This document shows positions 36,543-46,752 of a DNA stretch of 64,000 nucleotides, piece by piece. Both the position numbers and the translations under genes were made by a program. The notes beneath the pieces are model-generated. The model was not told where the DNA came from and did not search any database. It saw only the letters and a list, made by a program, of their open reading frames with translations. This stretch comes from Methanobacteriota archaeon (GTDB taxonomy: Archaea; Thermoplasmatota; Poseidoniia; Poseidoniales; Poseidoniaceae), in contig NZFU01000002.1 of NCBI GenBank assembly GCA_002689345.1, positions 8,438 through 72,437 on the forward strand, written 5' to 3'. The stretch's first letter is position 1, and each line of letters opens with the position of its first letter.

Positions 36543-37477
36543 GTCGAATGGCTGCTACCAGAGATGGCTATGGTGCTGCATTGCTCGAACTTGCTGACAA
36601 TCCAAAAGTTGTGGTGTTAGAAGCAGATTTAGGTAAATCGACTAAATCTTTACACTTTAGAAAAGCGCATCCAGAAAGAACGGTATCTTGCGGAATAGGT
36701 GAGCAAAATATGCTTCTAGTTGGGGCTGGACTTGCATCGAGTGGATACATTCCTTTTGCTAGTACATTTGCTATATTCACCGAACGTGCATTTGAACAGA
36801 TGCGGAATGGTGTTGCCAGACCTAATCTTGCTGTCCACCTATGTGGATCTCATGGCGGGACACATACTGGAACTGATGGTTCTAGTGCTCAATCAATCGA
36901 GGACTTAGCAATATATCGAACTCTACCAAATGTAGTTGTTATGCATCCGTGTGATGATGTTTCTACCAAGGAATTGACTAAGCAATTACCTAGCCTAGGA
37001 CAACCGTCTTACACACGCACTGCTAGAAACAAAACACCTGTATTATACGATGGAAGAGAAAACGAAATTCGTATCGGTAAAGGAATCGTTCTATCGGAGG
37101 GCAGTGATGTAGCAATCGTAGCATGTGGTGTATTGGTCCACGAAGCGATGGATGCTGCAAAGGCCTTGAGTGATGAAGGAATCAGTGCAACGGTAGTGGA
37201 TATGCATACTATCAAACCACTGGATACTGATTTATTGGATGATTTGGCCAAGAAATGTGGCGCTGTAGTTACCGCTGAAGATCATTCCATTATTGGAGGA
37301 TTAGGTGGAGCTGTAGCTGAACATCTGATTTCCTCACACCCAGTTCCGATGGAGAGAATTGGAGTTCCAGATAGATTTGGAGAATCGGCTGGTTCAGAGG
37401 AAATGTTGGAAATGATGGGATTAAAATCACATCATATTTCTGACGCTGCCAAGAAGGCAATCGCGAGCAAGGTTTGA
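36539..37477 (+). CDS. Transketolase, C-terminal subunit
   Basis: It has the pyrimidine-binding and C-terminal domains. There is a 4-nt overlap with the N-terminal subunit gene. Confidence 0.85.
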   Translation: MSRMAATRDGYGAALLELADNPKVVVLEADLGKSTKSLHFRKAHPERTVSCGIGEQNMLLVGAGLASSGYIPFASTFAIFTERAFEQMRNGVARPNLAVHLCGSHGGTHTGTDGSSAQSIEDLAIYRTLPNVVVMHPCDDVSTKELTKQLPSLGQPSYTRTARNKTPVLYDGRENEIRIGKGIVLSEGSDVAIVACGVLVHEAMDAAKALSDEGISATVVDMHTIKPLDTDLLDDLAKKCGAVVTAEDHSIIGGLGGAVAEHLISSHPVPMERIGVPDRFGESAGSEEMLEMMGLKSHHISDAAKKAIASKV

Positions 37478-37503
37478 AGCACCGCCTATTACAGCGGGGT
37501 CAC

Positions 37504-38163
37504 ATGGAGTTCTTTCTAGACACCGCTGATGTTGATGAGATTCGAGAAATAGCCTCTTGGGGCATACTTGATGGCGTAACCACAAACCCTTCACTGATAA
37601 AGAAAAGTGGAAGAGATTTCAAAACAGTGGTTGCAGAGATTGCCGCTATATGTGATGGTCCTATTTCTGCAGAAGTAACCGCATTGGATACTGATGGAAT
37701 GGTAGAACAGGGAAGGGCCTTGAAGGCAGAATTACCTGAGAATGTAATCATAAAAATACCATGCACTCCAGAAGGTTTGGCAGCAACTAAGATATTGACT
37801 GCTGATGGAATTAGGACAAATGTTACGCTAATATTTTCAGCTTCGCAAGCATTGATGGCTGCAAAGGCAGGAGCGACTTATGTTTCTCCATTTATTGGAC
37901 GAATTGATGACACTGGTGCAGATGGGATGACCCTGATTGCCGAGATAATGGCAACATGGGAAAATTACAATGTCGAGACTAAGGTATTGGCCGCATCTAT
38001 TCGCCACCCAACTCACGTTTTAGCGTGTATGCAATTAGGCGCACATACGGTAACTATGCCGACAAAGATATTCCGCCAATTGATGAGCCACCCTCTAACA
38101 GATAAAGGGCTAGCAGGCTTCATGAAAGACTGGGCTGAGGTTGAAGCGGCAGGTAATGCTTGA
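37504..38163 (+). CDS. tal: Transaldolase (short Tal/fructose-6-phosphate aldolase type)
   Basis: It has the MEFFLDTADVDEI N-terminus and a Schiff-base Lys region. It is about 220 aa. The start was trimmed to the ATG at 37504. Confidence 0.85.
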   Translation: MEFFLDTADVDEIREIASWGILDGVTTNPSLIKKSGRDFKTVVAEIAAICDGPISAEVTALDTDGMVEQGRALKAELPENVIIKIPCTPEGLAATKILTADGIRTNVTLIFSASQALMAAKAGATYVSPFIGRIDDTGADGMTLIAEIMATWENYNVETKVLAASIRHPTHVLACMQLGAHTVTMPTKIFRQLMSHPLTDKGLAGFMKDWAEVEAAGNA

Positions 38164-38216
38164 AGCGAACGCTTGATAATGAGTACCTGCCCACATCTCA
38201 ATGGGAGGCGGTAACT

Positions 38217-38765
38217 ATGAGTGGTCATGATGACAAAGTCAAGCGTCTTCTCGATGGGGAAATCGATGAGGAAGAAATCGCCTCAGACCCTGTTTTATCG
38301 AGTTTGGCTGAGAGGATTTTCGGACTCAATATAGAGCCGATTACACCATCAAAACCAACTCAAGAATCAGGGCTACCAGAGGTTGAAGTTGTTACGGCTA
38401 AAACCAATCTAGACTCAATGATTGAAGTTGTCCCAGGTATTGATTTGCCTGCGCCATTACCTATGCCTGCTTTGCCAGATATCCCTGGAAAAGGTACTGC
38501 AAAGAAAGGCGGATTAATGAAAGTGTTTGGATTCCTAGCACTTGCAACATCGATTGCAAATATGTTTGGAGCATTTGGATTCCTAAATTCACAGTGTACT
38601 GTTGAAAAATGTACATCAGAGGCCACCAGAATCAATTGGATCGATATTCATAATATCGGTAATGAGCAAGGATGGTCACTACCGCTACCAGAATTAGGAA
38701 TACCTGATTATGTAGCAGTGGCATCTAGTTTGCTAGTTCTGATTCTGGCTCTGCGCCGTAAATAA
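38217..38765 (+). CDS. Hypothetical protein with a C-terminal TM helix
   Basis: The ATG at 38217 is preceded by GGGAGGCGG 6 nt upstream. The ORF-track start at 38160 is TTG. Confidence 0.4.
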   Translation: MSGHDDKVKRLLDGEIDEEEIASDPVLSSLAERIFGLNIEPITPSKPTQESGLPEVEVVTAKTNLDSMIEVVPGIDLPAPLPMPALPDIPGKGTAKKGGLMKVFGFLALATSIANMFGAFGFLNSQCTVEKCTSEATRINWIDIHNIGNEQGWSLPLPELGIPDYVAVASSLLVLILALRRK

Positions 38766-38804
38766 TGCGGCAATTTGATGAACAGTCATCCATGAGTGGT
38801 TAAT

Positions 38805-40298
38805 ATGGGCAGCGGTAAAGCCAAGCGCGGAATACCTTCCAAGGTTGATGATTTCAACTCATGGTATCCATTTATTGTCGAGGCCGCAGAACTTGTGGAC
38901 AAGCGTTATCCGATTAAGGGAATGGACGTGTGGAGGCCTTACGGATGGCGTACGATGAAATTAATCGATGCTTTGACTCATGAGGAAATGGAACGTACAG
39001 AGCACGAAGAAGTTAATTTCCCATTATTGATTCCTGAGAATTTACTAGAGAAGGAAAATGCACTGGTAGCCCGATTAAAGAGGGCACGAGAAGAAGGTGT
39101 TGATCCAGATGATTTACGTGATGAAGACGAAGAGGGCGGTTTCAAGAAAGAGGTATATTGGGTTAAACATGCAGGAGATAATGAACTCGACATCCCAATG
39201 TTCCTCAGACCAACAAGTGAGACTGCAATGTATACGATGTTCCCTCTATGGGTTCGCTCACACAAGGATTTACCCCTGAAAGTATACCAAATGGTCAATA
39301 CTTTCAGGTATGAAACAAAGCAAACTCGATCATTTATCCGTGTAAGAGAGATTCACTTTTTCGAAGCTCATACCGCACATGCAGACGAAGATTGTGCTAC
39401 TAGACAAATAGCACAAGATTTGGAAATTGTTGATAATTTAATGCATGATCTTTGCTTACCTGTCATCAAGGCCAAGCGTCCAGTATGGGATACATTCCCA
39501 GGAGCATGGTACACTATTGGAATTGATGCAATAATGCCAAATGGCCGCACTCTACAAGTTGCATCTTGCCATCATTATAGAGACCAATGGGCCAAAGCAT
39601 TCGATTTGACATATGAGAATTTAGATGCTCAGCAGCAGCATTGCCATCAGACTACATATGGAATGTCTGAAAGGCTATTAGGTGCAATAGTTGGCATGCA
39701 TGGTGACGATAATGGATTGATAATGCCTCCAGCAATCGCTCCATACCAAGTTGTCATTTGTCCAATGATTAGAAAGAATTCTGAAGTTGATACAGTTGCT
39801 AAAGCCAAAGAGGTTGCAACAATTCTCAAGGCTGCTGGACTACGTGTTAAAGTTGATTCTAGGGACATTCATGCGGGACAGAAATACTTTGATTGGGAAA
39901 TCAAAGGTGTTCCATTACGATTAGATATCGGGCCTAGAGATATTGAAAATGACTCTGCCTTTGCTGCTAGAAGAACTGGTGGAAAGGAACCTCTGCCTTT
40001 GGCCACTATTGCTGAAGATTGTAAACGTGTATTATCTGAAATTTCTGATGAGTTGAGAGCACGAGCGAAATCTCATACCGAGAATGTAGTAATACAATTA
40101 ACCGATTTAGAAAAGGTAGAGGATGGTAAAATCTACGAGCTTGCATTTGACGGAACCGATGCTCATGCAGAAACTATAGAGCGTACAACAGGCCTCTCAT
40201 TCTTAGGCGATGCTACCGACCCATATGATGAGGAAAGACCTTGTTTTATGTCAGGTAAAATGACTACACGGCGAGTTATTTTAGCAAAGACATACTGA
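38805..40298 (+). CDS. proS: Prolyl-tRNA synthetase (archaeal/eukaryotic type)
   Basis: It has class II aaRS motifs and an archaeal-type C-terminal zinc-binding extension. The first ATG is at 38805. Confidence 0.9.
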   Translation: MGSGKAKRGIPSKVDDFNSWYPFIVEAAELVDKRYPIKGMDVWRPYGWRTMKLIDALTHEEMERTEHEEVNFPLLIPENLLEKENALVARLKRAREEGVDPDDLRDEDEEGGFKKEVYWVKHAGDNELDIPMFLRPTSETAMYTMFPLWVRSHKDLPLKVYQMVNTFRYETKQTRSFIRVREIHFFEAHTAHADEDCATRQIAQDLEIVDNLMHDLCLPVIKAKRPVWDTFPGAWYTIGIDAIMPNGRTLQVASCHHYRDQWAKAFDLTYENLDAQQQHCHQTTYGMSERLLGAIVGMHGDDNGLIMPPAIAPYQVVICPMIRKNSEVDTVAKAKEVATILKAAGLRVKVDSRDIHAGQKYFDWEIKGVPLRLDIGPRDIENDSAFAARRTGGKEPLPLATIAEDCKRVLSEISDELRARAKSHTENVVIQLTDLEKVEDGKIYELAFDGTDAHAETIERTTGLSFLGDATDPYDEERPCFMSGKMTTRRVILAKTY

Positions 40299-41663
40299 TT
40301 ACATTTCGAGTCCATCGAAATCCATTTCAGTATCACGCATCATGCGCTTCATCTGTTTATTCATCTTACGATTACCGCTCATACCCTTCATCATCTTACG
40401 TGAACGGTTCCATTGTCCGATGAGTTCTCTAACATCCTTTTCTTTGACACCAGAGCCTCTAGCAATACGGCGGATCCTATCTGCTTTGATTTTAGCAGGC
40501 TCATCCTTTTCATAATTGGTCATAGAATCCATTATAACGCGGTAGCGGTCAAGATTGGCTTGCATAGCCTCTTTCTGATTCTTACCCATAGCACCCATTC
40601 CTCCAAACATACCTGAAGGCAAGAATGAAAGTAACTTGTCGATGGTTCCTACTTTAGACATCATTTCCATTTGCGAATACATGTCATTAAGAGTGAAGCG
40701 GCCAGACATCATACGTTGAGTGATGCGCATAGCTTCCTCTTCATCCATATCTTCTGGTGCAAGATCGATTAATCCACGAATATCTCCCATACCTAGTAGG
40801 CGAGAAATGAATCGATCAGATTCGAATTTTTCTAAGTCTGAAACTTTCTCACCCGTACCGATATACATTACTGGTGCGCCAGTGGTGGCTACTGCAGATA
40901 ATGCACCTCCACCACGAGCAGTACCGTCTAGTTTAGTAATCACGATACCTGTTACACCAGCCAAATCATGGAAATTAGCAGCTACTGGACCTGCGGATTG
41001 ACCAACTTGAGCATCTATTACCAAGAATCGCTCGTTAGCATTAGCAACTTCAGATATTTGTTCTAATTCGACTACTAATTCCTCATCCAGTTTATGTCTA
41101 CCTGCTGTATCAATTATGACTAAATCTGCTGAGGAGTGAGCTTTCAAACCATTTTTTACAATATCTACAGCACTCTTGTTTTCAGGCTCGCCATAGACCT
41201 CAACAGTTGAATCTTCCAATAATTGTGATAGTTGATTGTATGCGCCTGGACGGTGTACGTCGGCCTCAATAACAGCGACACGGACCCCGTGCCTTCTGCG
41301 ATACCACTCAGCAAGTTTTGCAGTACTGGTAGTCTTACCATTACCATACAAACCCACCATGAGGATAGTTGATTGGTGAGGACGGACTTCTCGTGATGGT
41401 CCCAATAAGCGAACCAACTCAGTATAGAGTATATTCATTGCATGAGTTTGAAGAGTTACACCTGGACGAGGCTCCTCTTCACGCAATCTAATCTCAAGCT
41501 TTTCAGTGATTTCTTTGGTCTGGCGGACGTTGAAATCTGCTTCCTGTAGTGCTCTTCTTAGAGAGCGAAGCATCTCTTTTAATTCGTCCTCATCCAACTT
41601 CCTTCTACTCTTGAGCATCCCTAGTGCAGAGAAGATTCCCCTAGAGAGTGACTCGAGTGCCAT
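40299..41663 (-). CDS. srp54: Signal recognition particle protein SRP54
   Basis: It has an N domain, a G domain ([14 protein letters not shown]) and a Met-rich M domain. The ATG is at 41663. The ORF-track start at 41675 is TTG. Confidence 0.9.
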   Translation of the reverse strand: MALESLSRGIFSALGMLKSRRKLDEDELKEMLRSLRRALQEADFNVRQTKEITEKLEIRLREEEPRPGVTLQTHAMNILYTELVRLLGPSREVRPHQSTILMVGLYGNGKTTSTAKLAEWYRRRHGVRVAVIEADVHRPGAYNQLSQLLEDSTVEVYGEPENKSAVDIVKNGLKAHSSADLVIIDTAGRHKLDEELVVELEQISEVANANERFLVIDAQVGQSAGPVAANFHDLAGVTGIVITKLDGTARGGGALSAVATTGAPVMYIGTGEKVSDLEKFESDRFISRLLGMGDIRGLIDLAPEDMDEEEAMRITQRMMSGRFTLNDMYSQMEMMSKVGTIDKLLSFLPSGMFGGMGAMGKNQKEAMQANLDRYRVIMDSMTNYEKDEPAKIKADRIRRIARGSGVKEKDVRELIGQWNRSRKMMKGMSGNRKMNKQMKRMMRDTEMDFDGLEM

Positions 41664-41705
41664 GCTGCTGTCCAAAAGCGCATTTGGTTTGAACCCAACG
41701 GAAGA

Positions 41706-42869
41706 TTATTCGGGAGGAAATGTCAATCTCAATACATCATCTTCGAGTTTAGCTTGGACTTGGCTAGCTTTAGCAGGTCTATCGAAAGGAACTGGATGTT
41801 CTCGTGAATTAATGCCAACAAGAACGGTGCCCGATTCACTGCGTAAAGACAAATCTTCACGATCTATACCGGGGAGGTGAAGATAGACATCATCGCCATC
41901 GGACCAAGTTCCTCGATGGACTTCTAATCCAAGTCCGATTTCGAAAGGACCTAAACCATCTGCAACCTTAATTTCACCATGCAATTCAGAACTAATATTA
42001 CGTAATGATTCGATTCCGTGGATATCTGAATCCTTTAACTCCACTTCATGAAGATGTAAATTAGGTAGTTGTAATTCTAATTGTTCTACATTATCCCGTT
42101 CGTTTTTCCTACGAGTTTGAATAAATTCGTGTTCTAGATTAGGAGTCATTCTGTTAACGACACAGCCAGTAACGGGTAATTCGAATTCAGTAAGAGACTT
42201 ATGGGCCCTCACGGTTTCATTTACGCCCATCTTTTCAGGAATTGTTACCAAAGTAAAACGAGTAACTTCTGGATTGCAAAGTATTCTACGTACATGCAGG
42301 ACTCGTCTGCGGAACTTTTCAAGTTCATTTCTCATCTTTTCGCCATCTTTGGCACCAAACATCATTGCTCTTATTCCGCCGGTCAGTCGATGCATTCTGA
42401 TTATCTTATCAGCCCATTTCTCTATGATCTCTGGAAGGGCTAAGAAACGAAGTGTGTGCCCAGTAGGTGCTGTATCAAATACAATAACATCCCAATCTGG
42501 ATTTTCTAAATGTTTTAGCAGTTCATCAAAAGCCATTGCCTCATCCAAACCTGGCAATACCATCTCGGATGCATTGAGGTCAGGGTTTTCACCACCCATA
42601 AGTGGGCCTAAACTTTCAGTCAACTTTGGGATATGGTCAGATATTCTTGCTTCAGGGTCTAGTTCCAAGCCCCAAAGGCCTTCAACACCTTCAACTTGGG
42701 TAGGTTCAGGGCCTAATTGAACACCGAGGCTATCCGATGTACTGTGAGCCGGGTCACTACTAACAAGTAGTACTTTCAAGCCAGAATCAGCCAATCCTAC
42801 CGCTGTTGAAGTTGACGTTGTAGTCTTACCAACTCCACCCTTCCCGCCGAATAGTAATAGCCGTGCCAT
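41706..42869 (-). CDS. ArsA/GET3-like ATPase fused to a C-terminal HSP20/alpha-crystallin-like domain
   Basis: It has the deviant Walker A GGKGGVGKTT. The C-terminal 90 aa (EIKVADGLGPFEIGLGLEVHRGTWSDGDDVYLHLPGIDREDLSLRSESGTVLVGI...) has the beta-sandwich pattern of small HSP/CS domains. Confidence 0.7.
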   Translation of the reverse strand: MARLLLFGGKGGVGKTTTSTSTAVGLADSGLKVLLVSSDPAHSTSDSLGVQLGPEPTQVEGVEGLWGLELDPEARISDHIPKLTESLGPLMGGENPDLNASEMVLPGLDEAMAFDELLKHLENPDWDVIVFDTAPTGHTLRFLALPEIIEKWADKIIRMHRLTGGIRAMMFGAKDGEKMRNELEKFRRRVLHVRRILCNPEVTRFTLVTIPEKMGVNETVRAHKSLTEFELPVTGCVVNRMTPNLEHEFIQTRRKNERDNVEQLELQLPNLHLHEVELKDSDIHGIESLRNISSELHGEIKVADGLGPFEIGLGLEVHRGTWSDGDDVYLHLPGIDREDLSLRSESGTVLVGINSREHPVPFDRPAKASQVQAKLEDDVLRLTFPPE

Positions 42870-42946
42870 GTCACAGGCTCGAGTTGGGCATATTCAAGCC
42901 TTAGGTTACACAACTCACTTGAATAGGGCATTACAGGACTAACATC

Positions 42947-43666
42947 ATGGCAAGCGACTTGGTGCTGTTTCAAGTTGCTTCTATCACTGCATTAGTCGGC
43001 ATGGGTTTGGGCTGGCGCGGAGTTATGACTCGCTATTCTGGATTCTATGATTTGCCGACTGCATGGAGTATGATGTTCTGGGGTATTTTACTCGGTGGAT
43101 TTTATGGTAGTATAGCTGACAGAGTACTGTTAATACCTTATATCGAGAGTCAAAATCTGCCATTTAGAAATGTTACGATTTCACTATTATTAGCAGTAAT
43201 TGTCCATTTGATACTGCGAATGAAAAAAGTACGACGAACTGGTTCTCAGCCAACAACAGGATGGGCTTTGGGCTTAGCAGTTGGTGGAATGGTAGCGATG
43301 TTTGTAATTTTCAGATTATTGCAACTAAATCCAATTAGTTTGGAACTGATCTCGACCATTGTTCTAGTAGCAATCATTTCACCTCGTTCACATGCTCTAA
43401 TATTCTGTGCACACGGATATGGAATGCTATCGGGTAAGCGTTGGAGTATTGTAATCAAAACATTTGTTTGGTCGGCTCTAATTATTACATCTCTGTATTC
43501 TGCAATCATTTATCCATTGGTTTGGATATTCCTTATCCCTCCAATATTATTGGCTGAAAAGAAGGCTCATGATTGGGTTTGGGCTGCCGTACCTAGGCCT
43601 GCTAGAAGACGGCTGCGAAGAATATGGTCAGATGCGTCGAGAACAAAGCATGCTGAAGAAGAGTAG
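42947..43666 (+). CDS. Polytopic membrane protein, hypothetical
   Basis: It has 6-7 hydrophobic helices and a basic C-terminus (RPARRRLRRIW). Confidence 0.4.
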   Translation: MASDLVLFQVASITALVGMGLGWRGVMTRYSGFYDLPTAWSMMFWGILLGGFYGSIADRVLLIPYIESQNLPFRNVTISLLLAVIVHLILRMKKVRRTGSQPTTGWALGLAVGGMVAMFVIFRLLQLNPISLELISTIVLVAIISPRSHALIFCAHGYGMLSGKRWSIVIKTFVWSALIITSLYSAIIYPLVWIFLIPPILLAEKKAHDWVWAAVPRPARRRLRRIWSDASRTKHAEEE

Positions 43667-43777
43667 GTATTTGCTTACAAAGAGTACTAGTATTGATTAT
43701 AGCATCGATTTTACCCCTAGATTCACTTTTATTATGGGGCAGAACCTTCATGGGGGTACCGTTCAGCCTAGAAATCA

Positions 43778-45337
43778 ATGGGAACTTGTCCCTTCTGTCG
43801 CGCCCAAACCTTACCGGGCGATTCTATCTGCTATAGTTGTGGTAGAGTAATCACAGGCGCATCAGGTATGGATTCTCGTGTTAAGGGAGAATTCATGCGA
43901 ACTCCGACTCGAAGAGCAAAGCGTGGAGTAGCCCCTAGGCAAGCCATGGCTAGTGGCAAAACAAAGCGTGGAGGGCGTAAGAAAAGGAGTAGAATAAATC
44001 AACTTGGTTTGATCGCTCTTATCGCATTCGTCTTCTTCACACCAGATGCTCGTCAATTTGTATTGGCCAAATGGGCTGAGGTTGAAGAATATATCATGGA
44101 TGGGCTAGCTCCTCACCAAGTATATCCTCTAGAAGCAGAATATACAGTTGTTCGAAGTATTGATTTATGGAATAATGGCACAGGTAATGGCCATTTGGAA
44201 GAATCAATTCCATTACCAGTAGATGTTTCGAGTAATGAAAGGGATTCTGTAGCTCTTGCATTTACCGATGGAACTGAAGTTCCAACATCACAAATTCAAA
44301 CTATTTTGTCTTTGGAATTACGTATAGATGGAGAGATAATTAGTATTCCAATGGATGGTAGTATTAGAAGTAAGGCAAATGCCATCAATACTTCTGATAA
44401 TAGTCAAGTTTGGTGGCCTAATCAAAATTACAATGATTCAGACATGTGTCCGCACGGGCCATGTGTTCGAGTCTCAATCGATGTACCAAGTGGGACTCAT
44501 GAAACTGTTGATTTTGCAGTAACTCTGCATTCAGCCACACATACATGGTGGCATTCAACCCGAATGGATAGCAAAATTGAAGGTAAATCTGAAGGTGTTA
44601 GCGTTGCTCGCTCTGGTACTTTTGATGACATTGCCCAAAGAGGTGAAGGTATTCAATCATCTACATTCGCATCAATGCCATGGTATGACAGAAATGATGG
44701 TAATAATCCATCTAATTGGGCTATTGATGGAAGACAATCTAATGCTCCAACAATATTCCAGACCGCCGCTAGTATTGAAGCATCTTTACCTGGTAATCTG
44801 AAGGATAATGCCTATGCATATGCTAGAGCAACTTTCGATTGGTTAAACGATAATGTTCCTTACGATACAAATGCACCTAATGTGGCTAGGAGTGGCGAGC
44901 AATGTCTCGATGCAGGAATGGGAGATTGTGATGAGCAATCTAACGCATTCATGAGTATTATGCGCATTAAAGGAATTCCAACATGGTATGTCTTTGGAGC
45001 ATTAGCTGATTCACAATTCGAGTCATGGCAAGGTCATGCATGGGCATACATTTTACTTCCAATGTCTGATGAATGGTGTGAAGAAAATGGAGTCGTATTA
45101 AAAACATGCTTTGTTGAAGGTTCAGTAGACGTAGTAAACCACAAATGGCTAGTACATACACCTACTGCATATATCGATTGGATTGAAAAATCACCATGGA
45201 CCAATGTAGATGGTTACTATTCGGGTGGCACAATGAGTGGAAACGATTTCAACCGAGTTAGATCATTTTACACAGAGGGATACGAAGTAATTGGTGGAAC
45301 TTGGAATAATAAATGGATAGGAGAGGATCTATCATGA
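43778..45337 (+). CDS. Zinc-ribbon, TM, and extracellular transglutaminase-like cysteine protease domain protein
   Basis: The N-terminus is CPFCRAQ...CYSCG, followed by a polybasic stretch and then a TM helix (LGLIALIAFVFF). The C-terminal core is CLDAGMGDCDEQSNAFMSIMR...GHAWAYI...D, which fits the Cys-His-Asp transglutaminase-like core. Confidence 0.6.
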   Translation: MGTCPFCRAQTLPGDSICYSCGRVITGASGMDSRVKGEFMRTPTRRAKRGVAPRQAMASGKTKRGGRKKRSRINQLGLIALIAFVFFTPDARQFVLAKWAEVEEYIMDGLAPHQVYPLEAEYTVVRSIDLWNNGTGNGHLEESIPLPVDVSSNERDSVALAFTDGTEVPTSQIQTILSLELRIDGEIISIPMDGSIRSKANAINTSDNSQVWWPNQNYNDSDMCPHGPCVRVSIDVPSGTHETVDFAVTLHSATHTWWHSTRMDSKIEGKSEGVSVARSGTFDDIAQRGEGIQSSTFASMPWYDRNDGNNPSNWAIDGRQSNAPTIFQTAASIEASLPGNLKDNAYAYARATFDWLNDNVPYDTNAPNVARSGEQCLDAGMGDCDEQSNAFMSIMRIKGIPTWYVFGALADSQFESWQGHAWAYILLPMSDEWCEENGVVLKTCFVEGSVDVVNHKWLVHTPTAYIDWIEKSPWTNVDGYYSGGTMSGNDFNRVRSFYTEGYEVIGGTWNNKWIGEDLS

Positions 45338-46749
45338 GGATAATTATTGGCGGTGGTGGACGAGTAGGTACTGGTTTAGCCAAAGCATTACGCAGTGAAG
45401 ATAAGGATGTTGTATTGGTTGATAACAATGCCAGAGCTGTCAAGAATTCTCAGGGGATGGATATTCTAGTACTCCATGGAGACATTACTCACCGACAAAA
45501 ATTTGTGGAGGCGGGAATTGAAACCGCTCAGGTATATATCGCAGCAACAAATTCTGATGAAAGAAACATTCTTTCTTGCGCTTTAGCAAAACATGTTCAC
45601 AAAGAACAGACCAAAGGTAAGAGTGAATTAATGACAATTTGTCGAGTTCGAGACCAGATATTTGTTAATGAATTTAAATCAGGTAAGTTGTCGAAGTGGG
45701 CAGGTGTAGACCATGTTGTAAGCCCTATTGATGGCGCTATTGAACGCCTGATGTCTGGATTGCGCTCATCATCCTTAACCGAAGTAATTCCTTTCGATGC
45801 TGATGCATATATTGTTGAATTGGATGTAAAATCTGAAGCAGGTGGTGTCGTTCATAGAACTCTAAGAGAATCGGGAGCAAAGGTTGAGGGAGGTATGCCT
45901 TTGGTTGTTGGATTGAAGCGGGATGGAACACCCGGTAAGGTTCCTAGTGCCGATGATCAAATACTTCCTAATGATAGAGTTGCTATAGCAACTGCTGGTG
46001 AAGCTTCATTCAATCGAATTCTACGAATATTTGGCCATGCTCCAATCGATTTCCCTGACAAGCCTCAGGTTGCTATTTTTGGAGCAGGGCGTGTTGGTGT
46101 ACGCTTAGCAAAAGCTTGGTTAAATGCTGGTGCAAAGGTTACTGTTGTTGAAAGAGAATTAGAAAAAGCGAATAATTTGGCTGGTTCTGACATTGGAAAT
46201 ATGAAAGGTATAGAAATTATACATGGTGATCATCTAGACAAAAATTTACTTTCTGAAATTGAAATAGGTTCACACGACATAGCCATTTCAGCATTGAATG
46301 ATGACCACGCTTCAATCGCTGCAGTACTCTTAGCAATCGATATGGGGGTTGAGAGAACTGGACTAATTTTGTATGATGCAGATTTAGTGAATGTTGTTAG
46401 AAGAATGGGAATTACATTTTCGGTTGATAGGAAGCGAGTTGCAATCGATTCGATTCTAGCACGCATACATTCTGAACTACCAGGTCCTTATGCAGTGCTA
46501 TCTAGTGTCCCCGATGTAATTGGAATATGTCTACCTGTCAATGCAGATGTGAAGTTTGCAGGCAAGACTATTTTGGATGCAGGATTGCCAGAATGGTGTA
46601 AAGTTGCCTTCATTCAGCGCAAAAATATACACGATGAATGGGAGACTATGCGACCTTCCTCTTCAAAAACACTGCTTGAAGGAGATCGCCTAACAATATT
46701 CTTACCACCTGACCGTGTTGATGATTTGGAGAAGAAATTCAAGGTGTGA
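45334..46749 (+). CDS. trkA: Potassium uptake protein TrkA (2x RCK_N plus RCK_C)
   Basis: Two GxGxxG Rossmann motifs are present (IIIGGGGRVG and IFGAGRVG). The ATG at 45334 overlaps the upstream TGA as ATGA, and GGAGAGG lies upstream. Confidence 0.8.
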   Translation: MRIIIGGGGRVGTGLAKALRSEDKDVVLVDNNARAVKNSQGMDILVLHGDITHRQKFVEAGIETAQVYIAATNSDERNILSCALAKHVHKEQTKGKSELMTICRVRDQIFVNEFKSGKLSKWAGVDHVVSPIDGAIERLMSGLRSSSLTEVIPFDADAYIVELDVKSEAGGVVHRTLRESGAKVEGGMPLVVGLKRDGTPGKVPSADDQILPNDRVAIATAGEASFNRILRIFGHAPIDFPDKPQVAIFGAGRVGVRLAKAWLNAGAKVTVVERELEKANNLAGSDIGNMKGIEIIHGDHLDKNLLSEIEIGSHDIAISALNDDHASIAAVLLAIDMGVERTGLILYDADLVNVVRRMGITFSVDRKRVAIDSILARIHSELPGPYAVLSSVPDVIGICLPVNADVKFAGKTILDAGLPEWCKVAFIQRKNIHDEWETMRPSSSKTLLEGDRLTIFLPPDRVDDLEKKFKV

Positions 46750-46752
46750 ACA

